Origin: a virus
Taxonomy: Duplodnaviria > Caudoviricetes
Reading direction: 5' to 3' (one strand)
Virus record (IMG/VR): IMGVR_UViG_3300033067_001261
Coordinates: 1 to 28,412 of that record
Length of the DNA: 28,412 nt
Shown: positions 16,069-25,800 of the stretch, one piece after another
Layout of the letters: each line of letters opens with the position of its first letter
Position numbering within the stretch: the first letter of the stretch is position 1
Notes under the pieces: generated by a model
The model's database searches: none
What the model saw: only the letters and a program-made list of their open reading frames with translations
Told to the model about the DNA's origin: nothing
Made by a program: the position numbers and the translations under genes

Positions 16069-17154
16069 ATGGCAGACACAAACGACGACTCCGTTGTCAT
16101 CCCCGGTGGCGGGGGTATGGCCGACATCTTCCAACAAGCGGCCACCTTCTCGGCGCAGGACGTCAACACGCTGACGAAGGGACTGTCTCCCGAGGACTAC
16201 ATCACGGACCCGGAACCCGTAAATCCGAGCTCCCCGCCTAACGATCCGAGCTCCCCTCTTAGTGACGGAAGCTCCCCTCTTAACGACTCCGAGCAGACGA
16301 TCAATCTGCCCCCATTTCTGTCAGATGAATTTTTACCACCCGAAGAGTTTGAAAATTCAAACTTGGAGTTGGAATTTTACAAGCAGAAGTACGGGCAGGT
16401 TCTCAACGGACTGGCGAGTCCCGACTTCCAGCAGAAGTTCATTGACAGCTTGCAGGACAGAATCGCATCAGAAGTTCAGGACATCGAGGACTTCAAAACG
16501 CACTACAAGGCGTTCAAGACCAACCCCGAAGAGTACCTGAAACAGCAGTTCCCCGAATACTACGAGTCCATCGGCATCCCTCGCCTCATCAGTGAGCAGG
16601 AGATCGAAAGCCTCGTAGAGCAGGAGATCACCGAGAAGTTCGGCCCCGACTGGCGAGATGCTTACAACCACAACGACCTTCTGAAAGCATCCTCGGTATC
16701 GGCCAAGATCTACAAGCTCTACAACGAGAAGACGGAGAGCTACCTGAAACAGAACGAAGCTGCACAGATGAAGCTCAAGGAACGCACGGAGAAGCTGGCA
16801 GCCGGCAAGGTCGAAAGCAACCCGCAGCCATCGGTCGAAGAGCTGGCAGAGCAGAGTGTACGGATGTACGAAGAGCACTTCAAGCCCTTGGGCATCACCG
16901 AAGACGAGTACATCGCAACACTTGAAAACGGCAAGAATCTCCAGCCGATCGACCTCTACCGGGCTGTGAACTTTGAGAAGCTCATGAAGGCCGAACGTGA
17001 TGCAGCATTCGAAGCAGGCCGCAAATCTCTTACCCAGGACCTCAAGTCTGCGGGCAAGAAAGCGGCTCAAGATGCTCCTGTAAAGCTGCCGAAGGTATCA
17101 GAGACGGACGTGGACAGCTATCTGAACAAGAATGCGATCCTGCGGCCATACTAG
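16069..17154 (+). CDS. Probable capsid scaffolding protein
   Basis: Acidic, helical and disordered, located between portal and capsid, with an AAGGAG RBS. Confidence 0.75.
   Translation: MADTNDDSVVIPGGGGMADIFQQAATFSAQDVNTLTKGLSPEDYITDPEPVNPSSPPNDPSSPLSDGSSPLNDSEQTINLPPFLSDEFLPPEEFENSNLELEFYKQKYGQVLNGLASPDFQQKFIDSLQDRIASEVQDIEDFKTHYKAFKTNPEEYLKQQFPEYYESIGIPRLISEQEIESLVEQEITEKFGPDWRDAYNHNDLLKASSVSAKIYKLYNEKTESYLKQNEAAQMKLKERTEKLAAGKVESNPQPSVEELAEQSVRMYEEHFKPLGITEDEYIATLENGKNLQPIDLYRAVNFEKLMKAERDAAFEAGRKSLTQDLKSAGKKAAQDAPVKLPKVSETDVDSYLNKNAILRPY
16225..16287 (+). repeat. Three imperfect 21-bp tandem repeats
   Basis: CCGAGCTCCCCGCCTAACGAT / CCGAGCTCCCCTCTTAGTGAC / GGAAGCTCCCCTCTTAACGAC, encoding (P/G)SSP(P/L)(N/S)D. 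Confidence 0.9.
16346..16363. promoter_or_regulatory. Intragenic palindrome AGTTTGAA-AA-TTCAAACT
   Basis: Perfect 8-bp arms in an AT-rich patch, 14/16 identical to the reverse complement of 1273-1288. Confidence 0.5.
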
Positions 17155-17243
17155 ACAGCGTTGACAACTGAGACGATGACTTTCACCGGTGACCGACGAC
17201 CGTAACAGATCGGGTTTCCTTTCTTTCACAGGAGAACGACTCC

Positions 17244-18725
17244 ATGTCAACAGTACCAAGCACCCAACAAGAGGGGCAACTTTGGGCGGGGGTAGCGGCC
17301 ACCGGGAATATCCCAGAGCGCTATCTGAAGCGCGGCATGGACAATCTGGCTCAGATGGCCTTCATTGTCCGTGGTACAACGCGATTCCTTCACAATCTCT
17401 CCACGCGCTATCCGAAGTCCAAGGTCGTCGGAACCCGTGAACACCGTGTGCATGAGATCAGCGAGCTGGACCGTGTGCTTACCATTACGGTAGCATCGAC
17501 GAGTGCCGATCACCACACGACGTTCGGTGTCAGCAATGCTCAGGCAGCGCAGATGCAGGCAAACGACGTGCTCATGGTCAAGGGTCTCTACAACGTCGTG
17601 ACATCCACGCCGCTTGTAGCAGGTCAGGTAGTTGCCAGCACGAACCTCGTGCCGACCAGCAACATCCCGCAGCCACTTGGCTATACGGTCGGTGGCCAGC
17701 CTACGGGTGTGTCCATCAGCCGCAACTTTGGTCAGGATGTCAGCAACCCGAACTTGTTCTACACCGAGTACGAGCAGGTCATGGTCCGCAATGTGGGCCG
17801 TCCGAACTCGGCATCAGCAGGCAACACGACCATCACGGTCGAGCGCATTTTCCGTGGCCCATCGGCACGTGACTTTGGTGGTGCACGTATCCCTCTCGCT
17901 CTTGTCAACACAGCCGTTGACACGAACAACGCAGGTGCTCTGCTTGTTGGCGACGAGATCCTTCGTGCTGCACCATCGTGGGCAGAGGGTACCGGTCCTG
18001 CCCGTGGCTTCCACAAGAATCCTGAACTCGACAACAACTTCACCCAGGAAATGAAGTATGCCGTCGAGATCACGAAGGAGTCCACGATCGAGAAGACCTA
18101 CAGCGACAAGTCGCCGCTGGACATCAACAAGATGCTCCGGATGCGTCAGGTTGCTCTGGACCTCGAGCGTACCTTCCTCTTTGGTCAGAAGACCAAGACG
18201 ACAGACCCCGAAGGCAAGCTCCAGTACGTCATGGGTGGTGTCATCGAGTACATCCCGAAGGACACAGACCACATCATCAAGTATGCCCAGCCAACGCTGA
18301 GCTACCCGGGATGGCTCGACGTGACGGACCGCGTCTTCAAGCTCGGCGGTTCGGAAGAGCGTGACCTCTTCTGCGGTATCACGATGTACAACGAGATCAA
18401 GAAGAGCTTCTGGAACAGCGACTTCCTGCGCTTTGACGAGGAAGCATCCAAGGCCTTCGACCTTCCGGTTGAGTCAATCGTCGGCTCGGGCGGTAAGATC
18501 AATCTCATCCCGCTGTACTCGCTCGAAGAGGCAGGATGGGGCAACCGTGGTATCTGCATCGATCAGAGCGTTCCTGCGCTCATGCCTGTCACCCACGATG
18601 GCTGGGACATGAAGATCGAGAAGGACATCCAGCAAGCCGGCGACCAGATCTACAAGGAGCAATGGATCTCCATCAAGGGTCTTGAGCGTCGCTATGCGCC
18701 ATACCAAACCATCCTTTCACTCTAA
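17244..18725 (+). CDS. Major capsid protein (DUF5309-like, HK97 fold)
   Basis: Follows the scaffold gene with an AGGAG RBS and strong codon bias. Motifs include NFTQEMKYAVEIT, DLERTFLFGQK and MGGVIEYI. Confidence 0.88.
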   Translation: MSTVPSTQQEGQLWAGVAATGNIPERYLKRGMDNLAQMAFIVRGTTRFLHNLSTRYPKSKVVGTREHRVHEISELDRVLTITVASTSADHHTTFGVSNAQAAQMQANDVLMVKGLYNVVTSTPLVAGQVVASTNLVPTSNIPQPLGYTVGGQPTGVSISRNFGQDVSNPNLFYTEYEQVMVRNVGRPNSASAGNTTITVERIFRGPSARDFGGARIPLALVNTAVDTNNAGALLVGDEILRAAPSWAEGTGPARGFHKNPELDNNFTQEMKYAVEITKESTIEKTYSDKSPLDINKMLRMRQVALDLERTFLFGQKTKTTDPEGKLQYVMGGVIEYIPKDTDHIIKYAQPTLSYPGWLDVTDRVFKLGGSEERDLFCGITMYNEIKKSFWNSDFLRFDEEASKAFDLPVESIVGSGGKINLIPLYSLEEAGWGNRGICIDQSVPALMPVTHDGWDMKIEKDIQQAGDQIYKEQWISIKGLERRYAPYQTILSL

Positions 18726-18738
18726 CACAAGAACACCA

Positions 18739-19263
18739 ATGAAGAAGACCATTCTCCTCTCCTTGTTCTTCTTGATCAGCTCCCTGGGTCTTATGGCTCA
18801 GGGAGTTGTCAGGAACCGCCCCGGTACTCAGGGTCAGAACGACTTTTGGGTCCGCAGTGTCGTTGAAAAGAGCCTTTCGAACATGGCCTATGGCGACACC
18901 ATCAAGATCACGACAGACCCCATCCCTTGTTTGGGTACGGTCTACAGTCTCGTGAACGACACCACGCACCGTATGGTCTGGCATGTCGAAAACATGAGCA
19001 ACGACAGCATCAAGGTGTATGTCAAGCCTTATTCGTGTTCCGCGAACGGATTGCCCTACACGGGTTCTCAAGACTATGCCATTGGCGGGTATGCTCCTAC
19101 TTACAGCCAAATCAAATCAGGCAAGTACCTAGGAGCTTCGGCCATTCTTTACCTACGAATGCAATACGTCCGCTTCGAGATCTACGTGGTTCGATACAAT
19201 ACCGAATCCATCTCAAGACTTGGTGCGGGCAGCAAGCTTCGTTTTTACCTCATCGGACTCTAA
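18739..19263 (+). CDS. Signal-peptide-bearing protein in the head module
   Basis: MKKTILLSLFFLISSLGLMA/Q is a classic Sec signal, and the mature part is beta-rich. Confidence 0.85.
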   Translation: MKKTILLSLFFLISSLGLMAQGVVRNRPGTQGQNDFWVRSVVEKSLSNMAYGDTIKITTDPIPCLGTVYSLVNDTTHRMVWHVENMSNDSIKVYVKPYSCSANGLPYTGSQDYAIGGYAPTYSQIKSGKYLGASAILYLRMQYVRFEIYVVRYNTESISRLGAGSKLRFYLIGL

Positions 19264-19273
19264 GGAGAACCAC

Positions 19274-19558
19274 ATGATCGCACAGCTTTTTCAACTGCAT
19301 GACCACAGCGTCCGAATGGGAGAAGCTCCCGGAGACCGTCTGGTGCTCATGGCTCCTGTCGCTACGCTGAGCACATCGGACACAGTGCAAACGCCGTTCG
19401 CGCCGGGAACGAAGGTCGCCATCTGTCCCTTCAAGATCGTTGAAGTGGACGCAAGCGGACAGCTCACTCTGGGCGTTGAAGACCCGGCAGCAGGTGACGC
19501 AGGCGGCTACCTGGTATTCGCTCCGGGCTACTCACTCCAAGGCGGACTGTCGCAGTAA
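19274..19558 (+). CDS. Small virion protein, possibly head decoration
   Basis: AAGGAG RBS, 94 aa, positioned after the capsid gene. Function is inferred from position only. Confidence 0.7.
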   Translation: MIAQLFQLHDHSVRMGEAPGDRLVLMAPVATLSTSDTVQTPFAPGTKVAICPFKIVEVDASGQLTLGVEDPAAGDAGGYLVFAPGYSLQGGLSQ

Positions 19559-20278
19559 GTGACCGTAGCACAGGCTCATATCGCCCTGGCAAGTATGATA
19601 GGGGACCCCATCGAAATTACGGGGTCCCCTGTCCTTACTATCCCTGACGGAGTACGCTTCAGCAAGGCACTGAGAGACACCTATCTCTACCGTGCCATGC
19701 TTGACTTCCTCGAGAAACTCAAGGCCTCCACGGTGGCACTTCCAAAGGATGTCCGTGACGAAGTGTGGTCAGCAACGCTGCCAACCTACTTGATTGCCGA
19801 AACGATCGATGCTTCCACTGTCTTCAATGTCGGAGAGCCTACAGCAGAACAGGCATTGACACGCAAGCTTGTTTACATGTATGCTCTCTCATCAGCAGAG
19901 AAAACGGGAGCACGGCAGCTTCTCTTTACCGAGAAGAGTCCTGCCGCTTTCTATCGCTTGCAGAATCTCCGTCACAAGGTCAAGGTAGATCCGATGTTCA
20001 CCGTGATCGGCTATGATGCCGGCAGCACATCGGTGCTCAGGATGTGCATTGACACGTCGGACTACCTTTTCCTCTTCGACACCTATCTGCAGGGAGACAT
20101 TCAGGCACTGTACGTCCCCATCCCCTACAACCCTTCCGTACAAGACCCCGAAGACCTTCTGGACTTCGAGCCGTATCTGTATGACAAGATCATCGAACGT
20201 GCCAACATCTACGCCCGTATCGACTCTCAGGATCTCATGGAGCCCGAGCGTCTTCTCAATGTGACAGGAGGCCGGTAA
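19559..20278 (+). CDS. Putative head-tail adaptor/ring protein 1
   Basis: GTG start right after the upstream stop. N-terminal helix ending IGD and C-terminal LDFEP..YDKII helix are typical of tubular-A/ring proteins. Confidence 0.6.
   Translation: MTVAQAHIALASMIGDPIEITGSPVLTIPDGVRFSKALRDTYLYRAMLDFLEKLKASTVALPKDVRDEVWSATLPTYLIAETIDASTVFNVGEPTAEQALTRKLVYMYALSSAEKTGARQLLFTEKSPAAFYRLQNLRHKVKVDPMFTVIGYDAGSTSVLRMCIDTSDYLFLFDTYLQGDIQALYVPIPYNPSVQDPEDLLDFEPYLYDKIIERANIYARIDSQDLMEPERLLNVTGGR
19598..19632 (+). terminator. Strong intragenic hairpin, possible attenuator or mRNA stabiliser
   Basis: AGGGGACCCC/GGGGTCCCCT stem 40 nt after the last head gene, with only a weak U tail. Confidence 0.5.
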
Positions 20279-21147
20279 TGTGGGTTCAGATCGATCCTAT
20301 CCGTCCTCTCTCATCCGTATGGACGGTGGAGTCCTTCCTCACGCTGGTACGCTCCATGCTCGGAGAACTGGACAGCGCAAAGGTCACCAACTACGAACTT
20401 CGCCTCTACACGAACATGGCTCTCAGTCGCCTTGCCTTGCTCATTCGGGCAAAGGACCCCGACTGCTACGGCGTGAAGTGGCTCTTCGAACCCGACGCTG
20501 TACCCTATGCCAACTATCTCGAGCACGACCTAAGTGCTCCGTACATGCAGGCACTCCCGGACGTAGGGACGAAGGAAGCCGTCTTCCCCAAGCCCCAGGG
20601 CATGGTACTCCCCGACAGCATCATTCCCAACAACGTCATTGCCGAGATCAAAGGCATCAGCTTCCGCAACCGCAACAGCAACGATGCAGACCTGTGGACA
20701 GGTAAGGCCATGCAGGTCAGCGATCCCTCGGCACTTGTGAGCATTGCCAGCCAGGAGAACGGCATCTACCGGCAGTCGATCATCTGGGCCAGGCAGGGAC
20801 ATCGCCTTCTCTTCTTCTTCGGCACCGAGATCCAGACGGCTCCCACGACACTCGTTGACGGCTATGCCTACACACGGCCCTATACCGGTGAGCTGTTTGC
20901 CATCCGCAAGCCTCTGCTTGACGACTTAAAGCCTGAGCTTGCCGACGAAGAACTGACGGACTTCCGCAACCTTCTCGACATCCCTGACGAGTACGTGAAC
21001 CTTCTTGCTCTTCACGTCAAGAAGATCGTTCGTGAGACAAAGGGTGCACTTGACCAGGCAACAACACAAGCAATACAAGGCATGGAACAGGAATTAACGG
21101 GAGTCCCTGAAAATGGCGAAGCAACTCAAGGCGCAGGCGGTAATTGA
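20278..21147 (+). CDS. Putative head-tail adaptor/ring protein 2
   Basis: TAATG coupling, VRSMLGE helix and LDIPDEYVNLL C-terminal motif. Confidence 0.6.
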   Translation: MWVQIDPIRPLSSVWTVESFLTLVRSMLGELDSAKVTNYELRLYTNMALSRLALLIRAKDPDCYGVKWLFEPDAVPYANYLEHDLSAPYMQALPDVGTKEAVFPKPQGMVLPDSIIPNNVIAEIKGISFRNRNSNDADLWTGKAMQVSDPSALVSIASQENGIYRQSIIWARQGHRLLFFFGTEIQTAPTTLVDGYAYTRPYTGELFAIRKPLLDDLKPELADEELTDFRNLLDIPDEYVNLLALHVKKIVRETKGALDQATTQAIQGMEQELTGVPENGEATQGAGGN

Positions 21148-21667
21148 AGAAGCGTCACGGTGGTTGGGAGTAAAAGAGGTCGGAAACAACGGCGGGTTCG
21201 ACAACGCCGAGTTCCAGTCTCTTATGGTCGACGTTGGTTGGAAGAAAGGCGAAGCGTGGTGCATTTCGGCAGCAAAGGCATGGTGGCTCGAGGTCTTCAA
21301 GGACGATGCTGTCATTCACGCCGAGATCAAGCGCATCATCTCCAAATCGTGCATGAAGTCATGGCAAGCCGTCACACAAAGCAGCATCATTCGCAAGACC
21401 AACGAGATCGTCGAAGGCGGCATCTTCATCTACTCAGCAGGTGAAGGCAAAGGTCACGCAGGCATTGTGACGAAGAAGTTGGACGACTTCAAGATGAGGA
21501 CCGTAGAAGGCAACACGAACATCGCAGGCGGACGTGAAGGCGACAGCATCATGAGCCGTGTACGTGACGTGAACAAGAAGAACGCTACACAACGGCGCAA
21601 CTGGAATTTCATGGGAACGATCTACATCCCAGCCCTGGAGCAAGACAATGCCGGCAACCCTCAGTGA
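21113..21667 (+). CDS. CHAP-family peptidoglycan hydrolase
   Basis: LGVKE, AWC (catalytic Cys), GHAGIV (His) and TVEGNT. Confidence 0.88.
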   Translation: MAKQLKAQAVIEEASRWLGVKEVGNNGGFDNAEFQSLMVDVGWKKGEAWCISAAKAWWLEVFKDDAVIHAEIKRIISKSCMKSWQAVTQSSIIRKTNEIVEGGIFIYSAGEGKGHAGIVTKKLDDFKMRTVEGNTNIAGGREGDSIMSRVRDVNKKNATQRRNWNFMGTIYIPALEQDNAGNPQ

Positions 21668-22493
21668 GATCTTCTCCGATGTCCAGCGCAAGATGGGTGA
21701 CGAAGCCGTCAACGTCCTGCAACGTGCGGAGTACATCGACCAGTCGCAGAACATTTGCTACGACGTCTTCAACCAGATCCGTTTGTGGGTGGATGAGCAG
21801 ACCATTACGCCCATTCCGTCTATCAAGGCCACCTATACGAGTCTTGCGGACTTCCTAGCCGACACCTTTGTGAGCGGAGACATTGGCTCCGTAGCTATCG
21901 TCACTGATGCCGCGACGGGTATCACGACCTACTACGAGATCACGGCCATTGGCCCTCTTACGTTCAGGGTCATCGAGCCCAATATCTGCTACGTCCGTCC
22001 TCCGCTGGAAGTGGTCAAGATACTCCGTGTTGTTCGTGGAGCATTCGAAGCACGTGAGCATTCCTTGCAGTCTGTCTTGAAGGCCGACCGCTTGGGCTAC
22101 AACTTCGACATCAACGACACGACAAGGACGGGCTACGAGTTCAACACGCTCAGAGAAGCGGATGGGACAACGAAGCTGGTGTTCAGCAAAGAGTTCGAGA
22201 TCGCTGAGCAAGTGGTCGTGACCTATTTGCAGGAGCGCCCCTTCTGGCCGGCACGGTGGAGAGAGACGATCAGCATCCCCTATTTCCTCACAACGACGAT
22301 CGAATGGGGACTCGTCTGGAAGCTCTCGGAGATCCTCTTCATGCGTGGTGATGAACGCTTCCAAAGCAGAGCCGTCTATGCTAAGAAGCAGTACGACGGT
22401 CTCCTGAGAGATGCTACGGCCTACAGCCGGAACTTCCTTGACGAACGCAGCAACCCCAAAGCACAGCCCCGTATGTGGCTTCCGGAGAACTGA
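21648..22493 (+). CDS. Putative head-tail adaptor/ring protein 3
   Basis: TLSEIFSDVQRKMGD N-terminus and IPYFLTTTIEWGLVWKL C-terminal motif, with a GGAG RBS. Confidence 0.65.
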   Translation: MPATLSEIFSDVQRKMGDEAVNVLQRAEYIDQSQNICYDVFNQIRLWVDEQTITPIPSIKATYTSLADFLADTFVSGDIGSVAIVTDAATGITTYYEITAIGPLTFRVIEPNICYVRPPLEVVKILRVVRGAFEAREHSLQSVLKADRLGYNFDINDTTRTGYEFNTLREADGTTKLVFSKEFEIAEQVVVTYLQERPFWPARWRETISIPYFLTTTIEWGLVWKLSEILFMRGDERFQSRAVYAKKQYDGLLRDATAYSRNFLDERSNPKAQPRMWLPEN

Positions 22494-22494
22494 T

Positions 22495-22842
22495 ATGCCT
22501 CAAGACCTCAAAGCCCGCATCATGAAAGTGGCTCAGCAACAACAGCCGGCACAAGCCATGCCCATGGAGATCAACAAGGGTCCTCTCGGTGACAGCACCA
22601 GTGCGCCTTTGTACGACAGCCGTGGGCAGCAGATCAACCATGCCAGTCCCGGTGAACAGCAGATGATCAATGAGCGCATTCCCTTGCAGCTCTACGATCA
22701 GACGGGTCAGGAACTCGCTGCCAAGTACAGCAACCTGTCGGGTCCCGCTCTTCGTGAGATGGTGATCCAGGAGACGAGACGAAAAATGCAGGCCATGAAA
22801 GCCCAGCAAACGACACCCGTACCACAACAGCCACAACAGTAA
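22495..22842 (+). CDS. Gln-rich hypothetical protein
   Basis: GGAG RBS before ATG 22495 and TAATG coupling to the next gene. Confidence 0.75.
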   Translation: MPQDLKARIMKVAQQQQPAQAMPMEINKGPLGDSTSAPLYDSRGQQINHASPGEQQMINERIPLQLYDQTGQELAAKYSNLSGPALREMVIQETRRKMQAMKAQQTTPVPQQPQQ

Positions 22843-25800
22843 TGCCCGTCAAAAAGAACTTTCTGCAAGTCGACTTCTCTCGCGGTATGGTAGAACATAT
22901 CGAGGGAGATGCTTCGTATCAGGACAGCGACTTGAAGTGGCAGATCCCTCAGTCTGTCTCTGCGCTGTACGTCGAGAACTACGACCCTACGCAGATCATT
23001 GGTTCGCTGACGAAGCGTTCAGGCATGTACCTGACGAAGACGACACCATGGACGGACGTAGCAGGACTTCCTGACAAAGTGGGTGATACTCGCTGGCCTT
23101 CCGTGTATGTCCAGCAGGGAGTCATCAAGTACGATGCGGACAACTTCACCGGCCTGGCTCTCCTTGACCCGTCGCATTCTCCGCTTTTGGACCAGTACGC
23201 CGACAAGTGTACCATCCTTGGCGGCATGAATGTGGACTACAACAGACCCGTAGGACAGAACATCCTTCTGACATTCCTGCGTGATGCCACGGAGAGCACT
23301 GACGACCCTGAAAAGACACGCATCGTAAGCTACGTCACGCATCTTGGCAATGCTCAGGCAACGACGCCCTACTATCACTACAATGCCCATATCAATGGCG
23401 GTGATCCGGATGGTACGGTAGGCGCTCCTGTGCCTGCCGACTACCCCGGCTGGGACATTCGAGGAACGCTGAGCGACGCTACCCGTCATGGCGGATCGGT
23501 TGTACTGACCACGAACATCGCTTCGGAGCTACCGCCTTTTCATTCGAACACCTATACGCAGGATTGGGCTGCCGAAATGTACCCGTGCTACGTATGGAGC
23601 TATTGGGACATCAGTCGCAAGCGTGACGACAACGAGTACTACAACAATCAGGCAGGAACCATCCTTGCCGACCTTGTAGCTCCACAAACACAAAGCAGCC
23701 AGTACGGTCTCTTTAAGGTACTGTGGCCAAGCATGTACGCCACACGCAATGAGATTGTAGGCTACAAGGCATGGTACAGCTCCCAGGCATCGAAGCTTTG
23801 CACTCTCGGCGTCCTTGACGAATGGGCTGCCAGGAGCACGGGCTATACGCTCATGGAAGGATTCTTTGCTGATGCCCCGGCCACACCGATCGAGCTGAGC
23901 GTTATCGAATCCCCTGCCCGCAACTACGACTCCAATGCAACGGACGAGCAAAAGCTCCCCATCGCTACGGACGGTTACGGAGACTTCGAGTACCAGTACT
24001 TCGGCAACGACACGCATTACGTCGAATCGATCGAGACGCTCAGGCAAGATGCCATGCTCTCAAAGGACATCCTTTGGGACTACATCTTCGCTCATGACGG
24101 CAGTGACCGCAGCTATGAGCGCATGACGAAGGTCATGACGGTCAAGGGACGCGAGTACACGGTGGACATCATCGGCATTGACGGTACGGGCATCACGGGA
24201 CGGCCAAGCACAAGCGGTCACATGAAGAACCCTGAAAGGGGTGGAGACCCTCCCGATCTCGGCAAAAGGCCGTTCTGGGTATATGGCGTTCGCCTTCCCA
24301 ACTACGTGAGTAACGGTAACCCTCGCTCATGGCTCATGGGAGAGAAGATCCCTCTTGTCGTCACAGCCAAGATCCGCGGTGTGGAGGTCAAGATAGGTGA
24401 GTTCACGCACATCGTCGGTGGTGATTTGCAGTCTCCATACTACCCTTCGCTATTCCAAGTTGAAGCCGGACAGAGGCTGGCATTTGGCTTTGTCGGGCCT
24501 TTGCCTTGGAACGATTTCTCAGATGTCAACAACGGCTACTTGGCTTCACTCGACTACTCATACGATCCTTCATTCATGCACCCTACGGTTGCCGATTCGA
24601 TCTACTACCGCATCCTCGATGCTGAGATGAAGATCGACGGTCACTACGTCGAGCATAGCTGGGCTACATGGCGACGCTCTGTGTACAACGAAGCTTATAA
24701 CGGAGGGCTGCAAAACTACTGGCGCAATGAAGGCATTGTCCCTCACTTCTACGAACCGTGGAACCCGACCGGCAAGACTCCGTTCGTCATCAACCCGGTG
24801 CTGACAACAGAGCCTACATGGGCACGTTACGAGCCTTGGAACCGTGATGCTGTCAATGGTGCCAACGAGCCTCGCTACGCAGGGTATCGTCCCAAGCACA
24901 ACGGCGGCAAGCATATCTGGGTGACGTTTCGTATTCGCAAGGATGCTTTGCCCATGCTGATCGATATGGGCATGGAAGCTCTCAATGTCTACGTCGTGGA
25001 ATCGGACCCGACACGCAGCCAACTGCGGTCCATGAACGTCCTTGCCTACACGAAAGACGTACCGCCTCTTCTCTACGGAATGCCCAAGACGACAAGCTTT
25101 GACGACCTGACGAAGTTCCGCCTCGTCAAGACATTCCTCATTGATGGCAAGGGGAAAGCCTTCGCTGACGTTATGGACTACGAGAAGTGGAAGGATGCGT
25201 ATCGTGGTGCAGCAACGGCCACCAACGCATGGCACGACGGAGGAGACTTCATCACAGCCTCAGCGCAGGACACGGACGGAACCCAAGTATCAAGCCTGAC
25301 GCCCGACTTCATCTTGTGGGACTACGGAACGACCAACAAGACCTTGAGCCTCAACAGCTCGGGAGAGTACTGGCAGGGACGGGGCGCGGGCATGGTCGCC
25401 AACATCAAGGGACGGACATTCCTGTCAGGCTGTGTCAACCGCTACGGTGAAGAAGAGCAGGGTATCATTCGATACTCCGACGTACAGAGCGGAGTGCTGA
25501 GCCTTGACGTGTTCTCCGACGAGTCCTACCTCAAGGTCGGAGGACTTCCCCATACGGCTCTCGTGGAATACCGTGAGCAGCTTTGGGCATTCTCCCGTTC
25601 GGAAGTGCATCGCATCCAGCTTCCCAACGTCGCAGACCCTTCCTCATGGGAGTACCTTGACAAGTTCTCGGGACAAGGAACCTACTGCCCGAAGACAACC
25701 GTCAAGACCCCATTCGGGGTAGCATGGTGCAACGACGGAGGCGTATGGATCTCGGACGGCCGTATGCCCGACAACATCGCCGTAGCCATCCTGGGAGTCT

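Noticed and set aside
16225-16287. Repeats as a mini-CRISPR array
   Set aside because: The units are contiguous, in frame and have no spacers.
17161-17190. Perfect TTGACA upstream of the capsid gene
   Set aside because: There is no credible -10 box at 16-18 bp spacing.
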